Assembly: GCA_036172245.1 (NCBI GenBank)
Contig: JAYWIR010000016.1
Span: 868,001 to 932,000 of the forward strand
Direction: 5' to 3'
Source: Raillietiella orientalis
Taxonomy: Eukaryota
Length of the DNA stretch: 64,000 nt
Shown here: positions 52,795 to 64,000 of the stretch, piece after piece
Layout of the letters: each line of letters opens with the position of its first letter
How positions within the stretch are numbered: the first letter of the stretch is position 1
Program-made: the position numbers and the translations under genes
The notes under the pieces: generated by a model
Database searches by the model: none
Told to the model about the DNA's origin: nothing
The model's input: only the letters and a program-made list of their open reading frames with translations

Positions 52795-55700
52795 TGCTCC
52801 ATTATAAGAATACAATTAAATTTTCAATAATTTTCAAGTTTTAATGCTCTATCGTACAATGAACTTCAGTGCAATCGTCTTAATTCATGAATGGGCAAGA
52901 GTCAGAACCAAGGGTTTAAGTTCTGTGGATTCTTTCGCTCATTAGGAAAATAACAATGCAATACATATTGGTAAAATCAGTAATGTTCTGCAAATAGCTG
53001 ATGGCTATAAATACAGCAGGACTTAACGGCAATCTTGAAGACCTACTGTGCATCAAAGATTTCCACAATGAAATCCAGTCACACCGTACGCAACATCCAC
53101 AATGTAATTTTGAATTGTGGTTTTTCGAAATACGAAATCACTTCTGTTTTAACATGTTGCACATGAATTATTACCGTTCCCTAGTTGAAACAACATTTCT
53201 GCAGAAACACCCGATGCAAAGGAATGATCAACGTGATATGAACAGTTTTTTTTTTTTTTTTCCAACGAAAATACCAAACAGCAACTTACAACAGCTCGAA
53301 GGGGTGACAACTCTTGAGACCAAACTTTCCCCCAAAAACAGAGCATCAACCGGGCTGTTTCCTTACCTGACAGTTGGAACTTTGTACTTCACAGAGTTGA
53401 CAGCCCTAACCACATCGCAATGCATTACATTGGGGTGAGGTAAACAAAAAAAACTTCTCGGAAAGCAAACCAACGAGCAAAAAAACAAATGAGTGCGCAG
53501 GGATACCAAGTACAATTTAATCACAAATCAAATCAGTATGGTACACCTGTACTGTGCATACTCCTTATCTACAGAAATGGAATACGTTATGCACTCGGTC
53601 TAACCTAGAATAAGAAACTGGACTCCAATAGGATCAGCCAGTTCGCCTCATCAAAGTAACGTACTGAAAAGAAGAAAGACTGTACATTCTTAACACATGG
53701 TTTTACAATGTTCCAGATATCATTTAAACATTCAAGATAATCCAAAGAAGCTTTCTATAATTGTTTTGTAGCTCATGACGATCGAAAAGGAAGAAAAATA
53801 CACATTTCTCTACTTGAAAAGTTCGAATCCCAAACAAACTAGTTCTGAAAAATTTATGTATGCTGGGGAAAAAGAAATGAAATCTTTTTTTACTGAAAAT
53901 GTATGACAGTTTTTGTGCTTTCTCCAGGAATGTTACAGCAAAATCTCAGGATTAGTGTAAAACATCGACCAAAAATACTCTAACTGATGGAAAGGATTCA
54001 CATTCAAATACAGATCTGCAAACGAGAATTCCCCCACAGTCGACATTTTCCACTGAGACATATTAAATGGTATTTTGGAATTCCTGCTACAATAAGTAGG
54101 GCTTATTCCAATTTTGAATTAATCATTGCATCATTTTCTTGTTAAAATTTCCATATTTATAATAGAAATTCAAAAGCCACTGAAAAAAGCTATACCCTTT
54201 TCTCATAACTACTCTAAGGTTTTTTCAACAATCCTTGTTTCAATATCCCATATCATTTGTAACAGGCTATTTTGGAGTCGAACTTCTCCACATAAGCATT
54301 TAGCCTTGTTGAGAATAGAGACAACATTTAGGATATTCACTAAGACAAATCTAGGCCTCCGTTTCTTTCAAAACTCAAATTCACGTGACTTTTCTGAGAC
54401 AAGATGTAGGTTTCAACTGTTGACTATTCTTAGGAATAACATAAGTATCACAAACATTTGAATCTCTAACACGATATAATGCTGCATTGCAGATATTTCA
54501 TAATTTTAGTATTTAGATGATTTGGAGTTTCCGTTAAAGTCATCACAACTTCTCATCTAATCTTTGAAAGCTTTACTGAGAATCATTCCCAGGATCTTTA
54601 TGACTACACTTCTTTTCAACACATTATTGTACACGAAACCTCGTTAAAATAACTGTTATTATTACTTGCTGATCGATCAGAAGAAAACGATTTTCCATAA
54701 ATAGATGTTGGAAGTAGGTTTAAGTTAAAATTTGCAGCAGTTTAAGTTCATCGAGTTGTGATCTTATCAAAATGTTCAAATCAATAAACATCTGCTGCAT
54801 ATCATTCCATTGAAAACTTGTTGGGGCGCGAGAACGATGAGAATGGAGATCTCTTTCGAAGAATCTCTGAAGTTTTTGTGCTATTCTATTGCTCAGTTTT
54901 TCAGTTTACTTTGATAACAGATTATTCAGGTTACCATTTCTTTATGTCAAAATTAAAGCTGTATTATAAAAGTAATTTCTGATGTACCGTTTATTCAGCT
55001 GTTCGTGCACTGAATCCTAACTCTAAAGAATGGGAAACATTTTGTGAATCTTTCGAGATCAAATCTACTTTGAATTTTCAATTCATCACAGCATAATTCC
55101 CTACATTCATATGTATACGTATGTTACAGATTTAATTATTTACATATAGGTACGAAGTTATTTTATTTTCTATGCTTAAGGAAAAATGCTACCAATTCAG
55201 CTCTCGTTCTTCCTACTCTTGAAGGAATGAATTGAAAAAATTCACGATTACAAAAATTTAACAAGACTCTCCTGAAGTCAAGATAGGGAATTCTGTTCAC
55301 GCTCTTGAGAGTCTAGATAAGAATGGACAATTGGCGATTTTTATTTAGAATCACAGTTAGCTCTTGCTCAACAGTCAGTTGATGCACATTCTCCATTTAC
55401 TATCTGGAATTTCATTAATCCTCAGAACCATCACATTCCATACTCAATATACTGACCTCAAGTTATCCCTTTCGCAAACACACTTCTGCCATAGCCTGCT
55501 TTTATCACAGCTATCAATAATATCAGCTTTGCTGATTAGTTATCACACTAATCCTATTCCTACTTTTACTGGTATACTCTCCCTGGCTGAAATTTATGAC
55601 TTTATTCCTGGGTTTCACAGACAGAGGATACTCATCCTTTTCCAACACTTACTCTCATTTTTCGAGCACCTAGAAGTCCACATCTGGGATTGGCATCAGT

Positions 55701-56133
55701 TATAAAATGATCTCATTCAACATTAGTGAAAAGGAATTCGTTTTCAACTTGCCATAATCTCAGAGATCCTTGCTATTGTTACTACCCTTCAGAATGCCAG
55801 CACATCATGCTTCTACTACCATTCTGTACATGGACATACTCTCCTATTTCACATCTACTATGATGAACACTGCATCCATTGAATTAAAATTTTGATATGA
55901 CTAGGAATTATATCATTCGCGGTTTTTTGAAACCCAGATTTCTACTGAAACCTAGGATTCATCTCCTCGTCATCCTAGGACTCATTGAATCCTGTCCAAG
56001 AGCGGACCTACGATAACCACAGGGAGGGGACAGTAAGGCTGTCGCGGTGATGGTTAGACGTTCTCGGACGGTGGCATGCCTAAGAGTTCCCAAGCCTTTA
56101 TCGTTCAGAAACACCTCCGTGAAAATATGCAAT

Positions 56134-56188
56134 GATGTAAATGTGTAGAGCTACAGAGTGACACTCTGTAGCTCTGCACATTTACATC
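56134..56188. repeat. Near-perfect palindrome: 27-bp arms, 1-nt spacer
   Basis: GATGTAAATGTGTAGAGCTACAGAGTG-A-CACTCTGTAGCTCTGCACATTTACATC. The single mismatch is a G-U pair on the + strand. Confidence 0.95.
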
Positions 56189-57535
56189 GAGGAGAAAATA
56201 AAATGTGAATTCAGCTTGACTTTCTAGTGAAATATTCCGTGTAATCCTTTATGCTCGTATGACTTCGTGATCTTTCAATTCTAAAAGAAACACTCTTGGG
56301 TGAATAAACCGGGAAAGTGTCTTGTCTTTGTTTCCTTCAAAGACTTTTTTTCTTCAATAAAACTTTTCACTAAGCGAAGGATTTTGAATTAATTGCCATC
56401 ATTTATTCATACTTGAAGCACGAATGCAATGCTTTTGTAATTGTTTCAGAAGAAGCAGGGTATTCATTTCGGATTTCCATGGAAATAATTTGTTTCAAAA
56501 TGTTTTTTTTTAAATACCCCAGGAAGCTTTCGATCATTCCTTAATATATATACAAAATAAATCCAGACAGATAAAATAAAGGAGAGGAAAGGACAGGTTG
56601 TTTGTGGGTACAAAGTTCAACTTTTTGTTATTTACTATATGTTTAGAGTCTGAACTTAATTTTAAATAGAAAGATTTTGCTGATTTACAAGCGTGTATTT
56701 TTAAGCATACAGTGCAACTGTTGATCTTCAAAAAATTCGAGATATAGCTTCTGGAATTTCATGATTCCTAGAGAAATCTTTAAAATTATTGAGCCAAACT
56801 ACCACGAGAAATTTGTTGGCACTAAAAGGTAGAAAGAACTTTCGAAAGAGGATATTAGCAGTGTGACTATGCTGAACCTTGCCGTGTCTACCGTGAATTC
56901 TGTGCGATAATCCTTGACATAAGCACCAGTTGCCCTCCTTATAAGATTGTTTTACAACGGATGCGGACGATAAATACAGACTTCCTTTCTGGTACAACTG
57001 TAAGCTCCTCGTGATTGAAGCCATCATAGATCCTGGAAATTTCAAACAGGTCTCGATTGTGGGACGATTCCTTTCCTGCGTCCACCTTCTCTACAAGGAT
57101 ATGCATTAAAGTGAGCAAACAATAAAGAATGGCGTCGGAAATGTTGTACTCTTCGCTGCTTGTCATCGTATGTATTTTAACATTAAAATACATAATGTTG
57201 TTCTAATAGCATTCGTTATTGATGGAAGCATGAAAGTAGCCTCAAACTGGATACTGGCAACAAAGCGTCCGTGGTCCTGTGCGATCGCTTCCATGGATGC
57301 CTCCTGTTGAACCCGTAGGGCACGAGAGGTGACGTTTGGGACTGCGGGCAGAGCGAGACCACGTGTGATGCTGGTGTGCTGGGAAAATGTTTACAGGAGG
57401 AGCCAAAGAAAATCTTCGTGCCCGTAATGATTCATTATAAAATTTACTAGCACCCATACTTTCACCCATACTTTTCAGTAATGTTCGCTTCAAATGAAAC
57501 TTGAATATGTATCATACTTGTGTGTGTATTCATTA

Positions 57536-59154
57536 ATGATGGATAATCCTTCCTTTGAACTTTTATTGAGTGAACAAAAAGCAGTTAAGTGGATTGTGTT
57601 TTTTTTAGTTCGTTGTTAAACCTTTGCTTTAGAGCTTGAAAGCTTGTGTTTCATCATTGGAAAAGTGGAAGGCTTTTAAAGAAGATTATGGAGTGCTTTC
57701 CTCCCGCTTAGAAAGGTTAACTGACAAGCTGTCGTATGAAATGATGGTACCATTGAATTCAGTTGCTTTCACTCCAGGTAAAACATTCTTCCGATTATTA
57801 AAAACGTTTTCATAAAAATTTTTAAGGAAAGTTAGTGAAAACAAATGAAATATTTGTATTACTTGGTGAAAACTGGTTCGTAAAATGTTCTGCAAAACAT
57901 GCATCATCCATTGCCCAGAGAAGAATGCAAAGTAATGCAATACTATAAGAAAGTTTCCGTCATTCTACAATGTATTTCAGACTGTGAAATTAAGATTCAG
58001 GAATTAATTAAAGAACAGAAGCTGCTTGAATCCTGGTTAAAGGAAACATCCAAAATTAAAGAGGAAAGCCACGAATGTGTGGAGATTGTTGAAGAATTTG
58101 ATGAAGAAAAAGAACGTAAATGGAGAGGTGGATGAAACAAGTTTGTGCATTTATAGTGCAATTGAAATTTTACATGATAACGTAAATTGAATCCCGAATA
58201 TTAAATTTATATGGTTTCATTCCTGATTCATTTATTTAATTACTTCTTGAATGCTTGTACTAGATGTTCAGTTTGTAATCAGCAAGTAATTATAATTAGT
58301 TTACTGTAGAACTTGAGTGAACATTTAGATTTTGTCCTGTGTTGATCAAAACCATAGTATGTGCTGTTGTTATTATGCTTCTTAGAATCTGTTACAATGA
58401 TAGTTTCACTCCTTCATTTAAGATAAGAGCTCATTTGCAGTTGTTTTATTTATGAAATTAGTATGTCCATAATCTTGTATTCAGGCTGTTTTTTTGATTA
58501 TGCTTGGATTTGTTCAACCAGATTCATTCTAGAGCAGCATGCTATAAGGGCAAAAGCTTCGAAAAGTAAGGAAAAAGCTGCACATTTTATGGAAGACATT
58601 GACATATGGAAGTTATTGGATAATCTAGAAGAGGAAGAAAAACAAAAAAATACAAAGTAAAGTCAGCTCGAGCTTTATTTGCCCTATTTTGACAAAATTA
58701 AAAAGAAAACTGCCACTATTACTGTGTTTAATTGTAATTTTCTTTTAGTCTGGCTGCCAGTGTGCATGCTGATAGTCAGTTACCAGCGAAGTCAGGCAAG
58801 CAAGTGGCCTGGAGCGATATGGAATATGATACAGGGACCATATTTGTGCCTATTGAGCACAGTGATGTGCTACCTGTTGCACTGCATGACAGTATTTGCT
58901 CCCCAGCTGATCTCTATCAGCAGTTTTTGCAGCAGAGCAAATTTCAAGCAATTTCCATTCTGAAGCCTATGCAGGTTTCATCTGCTTCTCATTACCAGTG
59001 TAAAGAAAAATCCACTCATCAGAATAAGTGCAAAACCTTTGAAGCAGTGGCCAAAGATGTAGTTGAGAGAAGGGATGTTGCAGTAACCTCTCAACACAGT
59101 TGCCCACAGGAAAGGCCATTGTCCAAATTTAAGGCTTCCAGAAAAAATAGGTAG
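57536..59154 (+). CDS. URI1: Unconventional prefoldin RPB5 interactor (URI1/uri-1), 6 exons
   Basis: Prefoldin-alpha domain WKAFKEDYGVLSSRLERLTDKLSYEMMVPLNSVAFTPGKLVKTNEIFVLLGENWFVKCSAKHA. C-terminal motifs ICSPADLY, SILKP and the terminal URI box SKFKASR. Stop TAG at 59152-59154. Confidence 0.93.
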
Positions 59155-59155
59155 T

Positions 59156-62100
59156 TCACACCAGATATCTGCAATAACAAGTTATTGTCTCTTTATTTGA
59201 AAAAAAAAAAAAAAAGCAGAAAAAAAAAAGTACAAACTTGGCAGCCCAGTCTGTGCGCCCATGCACAGCAGGGTTTGGCAGTGTCAGATGGAGTGTGGGT
59301 GCTGAAGCAAATACAAGTGTGGTTCCTTGTATTCCAATTTGATCTGGACACATTGCTTCAATAAAACTGATGTAAAGTGCCAACTTACAGTTTCTATTGG
59401 GTGGTTTACAACTTCTTTGTCCTGCAACATATCTGGCCGTGTTTAAGTAGTGCTGCTTTGCAACTGATCCTAGCTGCCTTCTGGTTCTGCAAACTAGTTA
59501 TGTATGGTTCTTGAGTGATCTCTGCTTACGTCACAGTGATGTGAGCATTTAAAATTGGGCAGTTGTCTTTGCTGATCTGTGCTGGTGCCACATGGGATCT
59601 ACCTAAGTGATTCACGTTAAAGTAGGGAAGTGTCAGCAGTAGTGATGCTGTGGGTCGTTTATTGGGATTCCAGTTCATAAGTGCTTCCATTATTTTGATT
59701 CCCTCCTGGCTGGCTTGAGGAACAAGTTGGCTCAAAGGTGTAGAATTAAGTAAAGGAAAGCTCAAGCTCATTAAAGATGAAAGACGATACCCCTCAGGCC
59801 AATCTTTCTTTGGGCAGCTGTAGATTGAATTTTCATTTTGTGATCCCTTACCTTTGATGGAGTTCCCAGTACCATACACATTTTGAATAATTGATCAATT
59901 TCACTTGATCCTGGTAATAAAGGTTTAAATGTGTACAATTCGGCCATGATGCATCCTAGAGCCCAAATGTCAATGGGGCTGTTATAGTATTTTGAACGCA
60001 AAAGAACTTCTGGTGCACGATACCTACATAGTTAATGCTTACATGAGCACTAGAAATACATAAAGCACACATTCTAGATTACAGCAATTTCATTGCCTGG
60101 ATGAAACGTGGGAATTTTTCAAGAAACAAGATCAAAGCCCTTCATTGGAAGTCCGAAATTGCAACAGCTTCATGTGATTCTCATCCTCTGCCTTGGGGAG
60201 AAGTGATTCGATTCATAAATTGCACGCCAAGGACGAAGAATATGAATCGAAACGGTTGAGACGCCGCCATAACTTTTGGGGAATTCAGGAGCACTGAATT
60301 CTCAGAATTTCTAGTCCCCGGATACTCATTTCTGTTTGTGCCACTTATGAGCCAAGTTTGAAAATGGACTCGTGTACTGCACGTGCTTTCATGTAGCTAA
60401 GAACAAAATTCCTTTTGTCATTTGCTTGGGAAATCTTGCAGCTTTAGGTTGAGATTTTTCCTCTAAGACTCATCACAACTGATGCAATTCTATTAATCCC
60501 AGCATCACCCGTTCTGGCAGGAACCATTACCATACTCCTGTTCGATCGAAACTCATCCTTCTTCGACCTAGTGGGAGCTGGAGACCCCATCCTCTTTCAG
60601 CACTTATTTTGATTTTTCGGTCATACAGAAGCTTACATTCTAATCCTTCCAGGATTTGGAATTACATCCCACATCATTCTCTTCAACAGAGGAATAAAAG
60701 AAATTTTCGGTGCACTAAGAATAATCTACCGCGAAAGTTAAAAGGTAAAAAGCATCCAACTAAATTTTCAACTCTGCAGTGGCTTCATCCCGTGTTTTCT
60801 GAATTTTTGTTTTTCGATCCATTATCCACGAACGGAAGGAACTAGGACATATCCAACTTTCCTGGATCTTGCTGGATCTTCCTGGACTTCAGGCATTCCA
60901 CTTCTAGCAAATTGAATTCTTACGAGTGGCACGTCACGTGTCAGGTAAGATACAAAAGGAAGGAACATTACATCCACTGATTGCATTTCTTGAATCCCTC
61001 CATCGGTACAGTCGTTGCATTTTTCTATCCACCGACACCTCAGTTGCTTCCGGCTATGTAAGCTCCATATCTGGTCATTGAAACGGATCACGGATTTGTT
61101 GCTGTCTGCTTACGGTTGTGATTTCGTAGTGAAGGACCCTTTCTGCAGGTCCTAATCAACTGATTTAATATCGGCTTCATTTTTTGGTCACTAATTATTT
61201 AGTAAGCATGATCTCAAGCTACGAAAGCAATTCATTAGCATGCAGCTGGCTTCACATCAGACTCCAGATGGAACAATTCATGCAGGGACAAGAATACCCT
61301 GTTTTTTTTTTTTTTTTTTAAAAAAAAAGAATGTCCTTGTTTCACTTAATCTTTTCCTCGGTCCACTTCTTCTCCTTTCTGACAGATGCTTTTCTGTGCT
61401 TATGTATCAAGTGGGTATGCATCATATAATAGAAATCCATCACTGGCGCCATTGTGAGCTCGTTAAATTAGATATGAAATCGGCTGCAAATCCGAATGCT
61501 TCATCCTTTAAGGAAAGATTGCTAGTACTTTAAAGGAGTAGCTTATTTGCATACACACTGCAAAATACCCATGATTCTATTTCATAGGTTTTCATAACAT
61601 GAAGACTACTGTCCAGAAAAAAGGGGTACTCTTGGGATATTTTATCAGTATTCTTCTTTTTCTTTTTTTTTTTCAAAGGCAGGAAATGACTGGTCTAGGA
61701 GCTTTTCGCAACTGATAGGGATAGAAGGGCATAGAAGTGTGACCAGCAATTCGTGCAATCAACTGTCGTCTCTGCCGAAAGCGAAACGAAAATCACTTGG
61801 TAATCCCCGCACGTGTTCCCGCGTGGTGGTTGATGCCACTCTGCTCGTTGTCCTCAACAAGAAATACTTCCGTGCTTCAGCAAAAACGGGATTTTATAGT
61901 TTCGTCCTTGATCTCGCTTGGCTCCCTGTCGTCAGTGGATCTTTGTTGATTTCTGAACACAGAAATTTTAAGTAGGACTGACGACCCAACAAGTTCATTG
62001 GCACGCCTCGAAAACTGAGCTCACTACCTTAAGTTGGATACTAGAATTCAAGATCCAGTTTTTTTTATCCTCCACATTCTCCTGTGGATAAATGGTGCCG

Positions 62101-63642
62101 CTTATGGATATTTATGGATACAGATTCCCCTTCAAGACGAAATGTTATTTCTTCTTTTGCTTAAGATCAGCTCGAAGTAATCAAATTAAGCGTTGAAATT
62201 GCATTCCCAAATTAAACTCAGCATCTCATAATTCATCCTCCGCAAAGGAACCAATCCTCGATCTGCCCTAGTGTTGAATGATTTTAAAGATACTGTGATA
62301 TTCGCTACACGAGATCATATAATTGTAAGCTTTCCCTTGGAAAAAGTTCTCGTAAAAAAAAAACAAAAAACGGCAAAGCAGTGAATTTTCAATTCCTGTT
62401 TTGCCTCACTATCCTGATTCTTTTTATGCTGTTGCCATGACTACTTTTCATGATCACAGACACAAGATTGAAAGAGCGGAAAACAAAAGTACTCACCACC
62501 TGGTCGACACGTACGCAGTGAGAGGAGGATTCGATCTGATTTCTCTCACTAACCCAAAATCTGCAATCTTGATCAATTCATGACCTATGCACAAAATGTT
62601 TTCAGGTTTGAGATCTCGGTGGAAGAAGCCATGCTTGTGGATAAAGGTCAATCCCTGAAGGATCTGATACAAGATATTACTTATTACTGCTTCTGGGAAA
62701 AACTGCCCTTTCCTGGAAAAGAACTTGCTTCATTCTTTGTTCGATAGTGCGAACGGTCCTGAAATACAACTCCCTATTGGTAAGTAGGTGAACCAACAAC
62801 TCTGAATCAATGTGTGAAAAATGGGTGTGATGCCAGCAGCGCAGACAGCGTTCGAGTGGCATCTGTTGAGCGTGCAGACCCTTGTTAATCACACGGAGGA
62901 AATGGACCGAAGTGCTCAGCTCGGAAGAGTTTGGTGCGGCACGCTTCCTCCCCGGAGGCGCTTTGGTGATTTTCGGAAGGAACCGTCAAGAGCAAACAGA
63001 AAGCGGGGTTAGGCAGGATCTCTCCAGCAGCATCAGTCAGCGAGCGAACGAGATGTGCTCCCATAGGGAGAAATCAGCCAAAGTCGCGCGATTTCAGCTC
63101 CATTCTTTGAAAATAGGATGTGAGAGCCCTTATTTAAACACGGAAGCAAAGTGTCCCCAGGACTCTTGTGTTGATATCCAGGAGGCATAGGCGGTAGCTT
63201 CGTTCGCCATCATCAAAGACAAACAAACAGACAAACAAACAAACATCTGACGACCGTGTTGCATGTGTTTGTGTGGGAAATTCGTGTATAAAGTGCGGAC
63301 TTCGCCTCGCGTGCAGACAGACATCTCAACAGCTGTGCCGCCGGTGCGATTCACCCGTCAGACCACACCTCGGTGTGCCTGGACGTCACCACTGAGCTTC
63401 ACATACGCACAGTTTGCGCGCGGAACACGAGCGTTTGGCTACCCGAGCCCTCCACAGAATTCAAAGTTCCTGTTCCTCCGCTTTTTTTTTTTTTTTTTCC
63501 TTTTCTTTTTGTTACTCAACCTGTCATTCATGAGTTCCAGGAGATTCTCCTTCATGTGCTCGAATATGAAGTAGAGGATGTCATTCTCTCTGATGATTTC
63601 CTTGAGCTTCACTATGTTGGGGTGGTGGAGGCTGCGCAAGAA
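59156..63642 (-). CDS. MAK: MAK/ICK (CILK1, dyf-5-like) RCK-family Ser/Thr kinase; 5' exon(s) lie beyond the window end
   Basis: Exons 63642-63521, 62712-62497, 60023-59852, 59807-59530, 59486-59389, 59343-59238 and 59168-59156. Motifs [48 protein letters not shown], and the MAK/ICK tail motifs [11 protein letters not shown] and [11 protein letters not shown]. Confidence 0.92.
60469..60729 (+). pseudogene. cox1: NUMT: fragment of mitochondrial cox1, inside a MAK/ICK intron and antisense to it
   Basis: Invertebrate mitochondrial code gives ...[35 protein letters not shown](TGA)[26 protein letters not shown](AGA)GMKEIFGALSMIY. It is degraded relative to cox1 (HPEVY to HTEAY, and a 2-codon deletion after DRN). 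Confidence 0.95.
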
Positions 63643-64000
63643 CTGGAAAGAGAAAAGCAACCCCTCACTATCCCTCACTGCATGGTGCTCAGTTGCGGCA
63701 CAGGAAGCCTCGCTTCGAGCACTTGGAATGCGGCGCGGTGTGCCGGAATCAAAGGCTGTGCAAAGAATTGAAATTCCGGGAGGTTTCATTACTCCGCCCC
63801 TCTTCTTCCCCTCCTCCAACCCAAAAAGACAGTCCTCGGCAATTGCTGCCGGGCGCAGATGCGAGTCATTCAACAGGAAGGTGAGGTGCGCTTTTAGGGA
63901 ATTCGCTGCACAAGTGGGAAACACGGGAACACGTCGATTTCGCGAGTGAGGCGTCTGCCTACGAATTTCTGGCTCAGGGTTGCTGCCTGCAGACCCGAGT

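Noticed and set aside
53595..53612. CTAACCTA resembling a telomerase RNA template
   Set aside because: An eight-base match is expected by chance. There is no supporting structure, and it does not fit the TTAGGC repeat usual in nematodes.
53762..53840. tRNA-like A box (TAGCTCA) and B box (GTTCGAATCC)
   Set aside because: The T-stem and anticodon stem do not pair, so no cloverleaf can be built.
1..64000. CRISPR arrays, rRNA genes or bacterial operons
   Set aside because: No regularly spaced repeats or rRNA motifs were seen, and all recognisable genes are spliceosomal-intron-containing animal genes.

Overview
Eukaryotic (animal) nuclear DNA. It is most likely a nematode, possibly clade I/Dorylaimia; this is inferred from 44-50-nt minimal introns, TTTCAG acceptors and a C/A-rich cox1 NUMT in the invertebrate mitochondrial code. 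The ORF track misses most genes because they are spliced. Hand-spliced genes: 5' part of a carnitine/acylcarnitine carrier (SLC25A20/dif-1, minus); a probable orphan multi-exon gene (plus, ~1.2-10.2 kb); a complete but divergent 10-exon DHCR24-like sterol reductase (minus, 11864-21728); an OSBPL10/11-like gene (minus); TEX2 (plus); NDUFS3 (minus); URI1 (plus); and the 3' part of a MAK/ICK (dyf-5-like) kinase (minus), whose stop codon lies 1 nt from the URI1 stop. The 30.7-36 kb region is a cluster of decayed L1/Tx1-type LINE pieces, including a clean nested insertion with a 16-bp TSD. Other signals are an inverted duplicated exon, a cox1 NUMT, a 27-bp-arm palindrome, a candidate solo LTR, and sharp GC/CpG domains that cut through genes. 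I see no evidence for a prokaryotic-type system such as CRISPR. All homology calls come from motif recognition and manual alignment against remembered sequences, not database searches.
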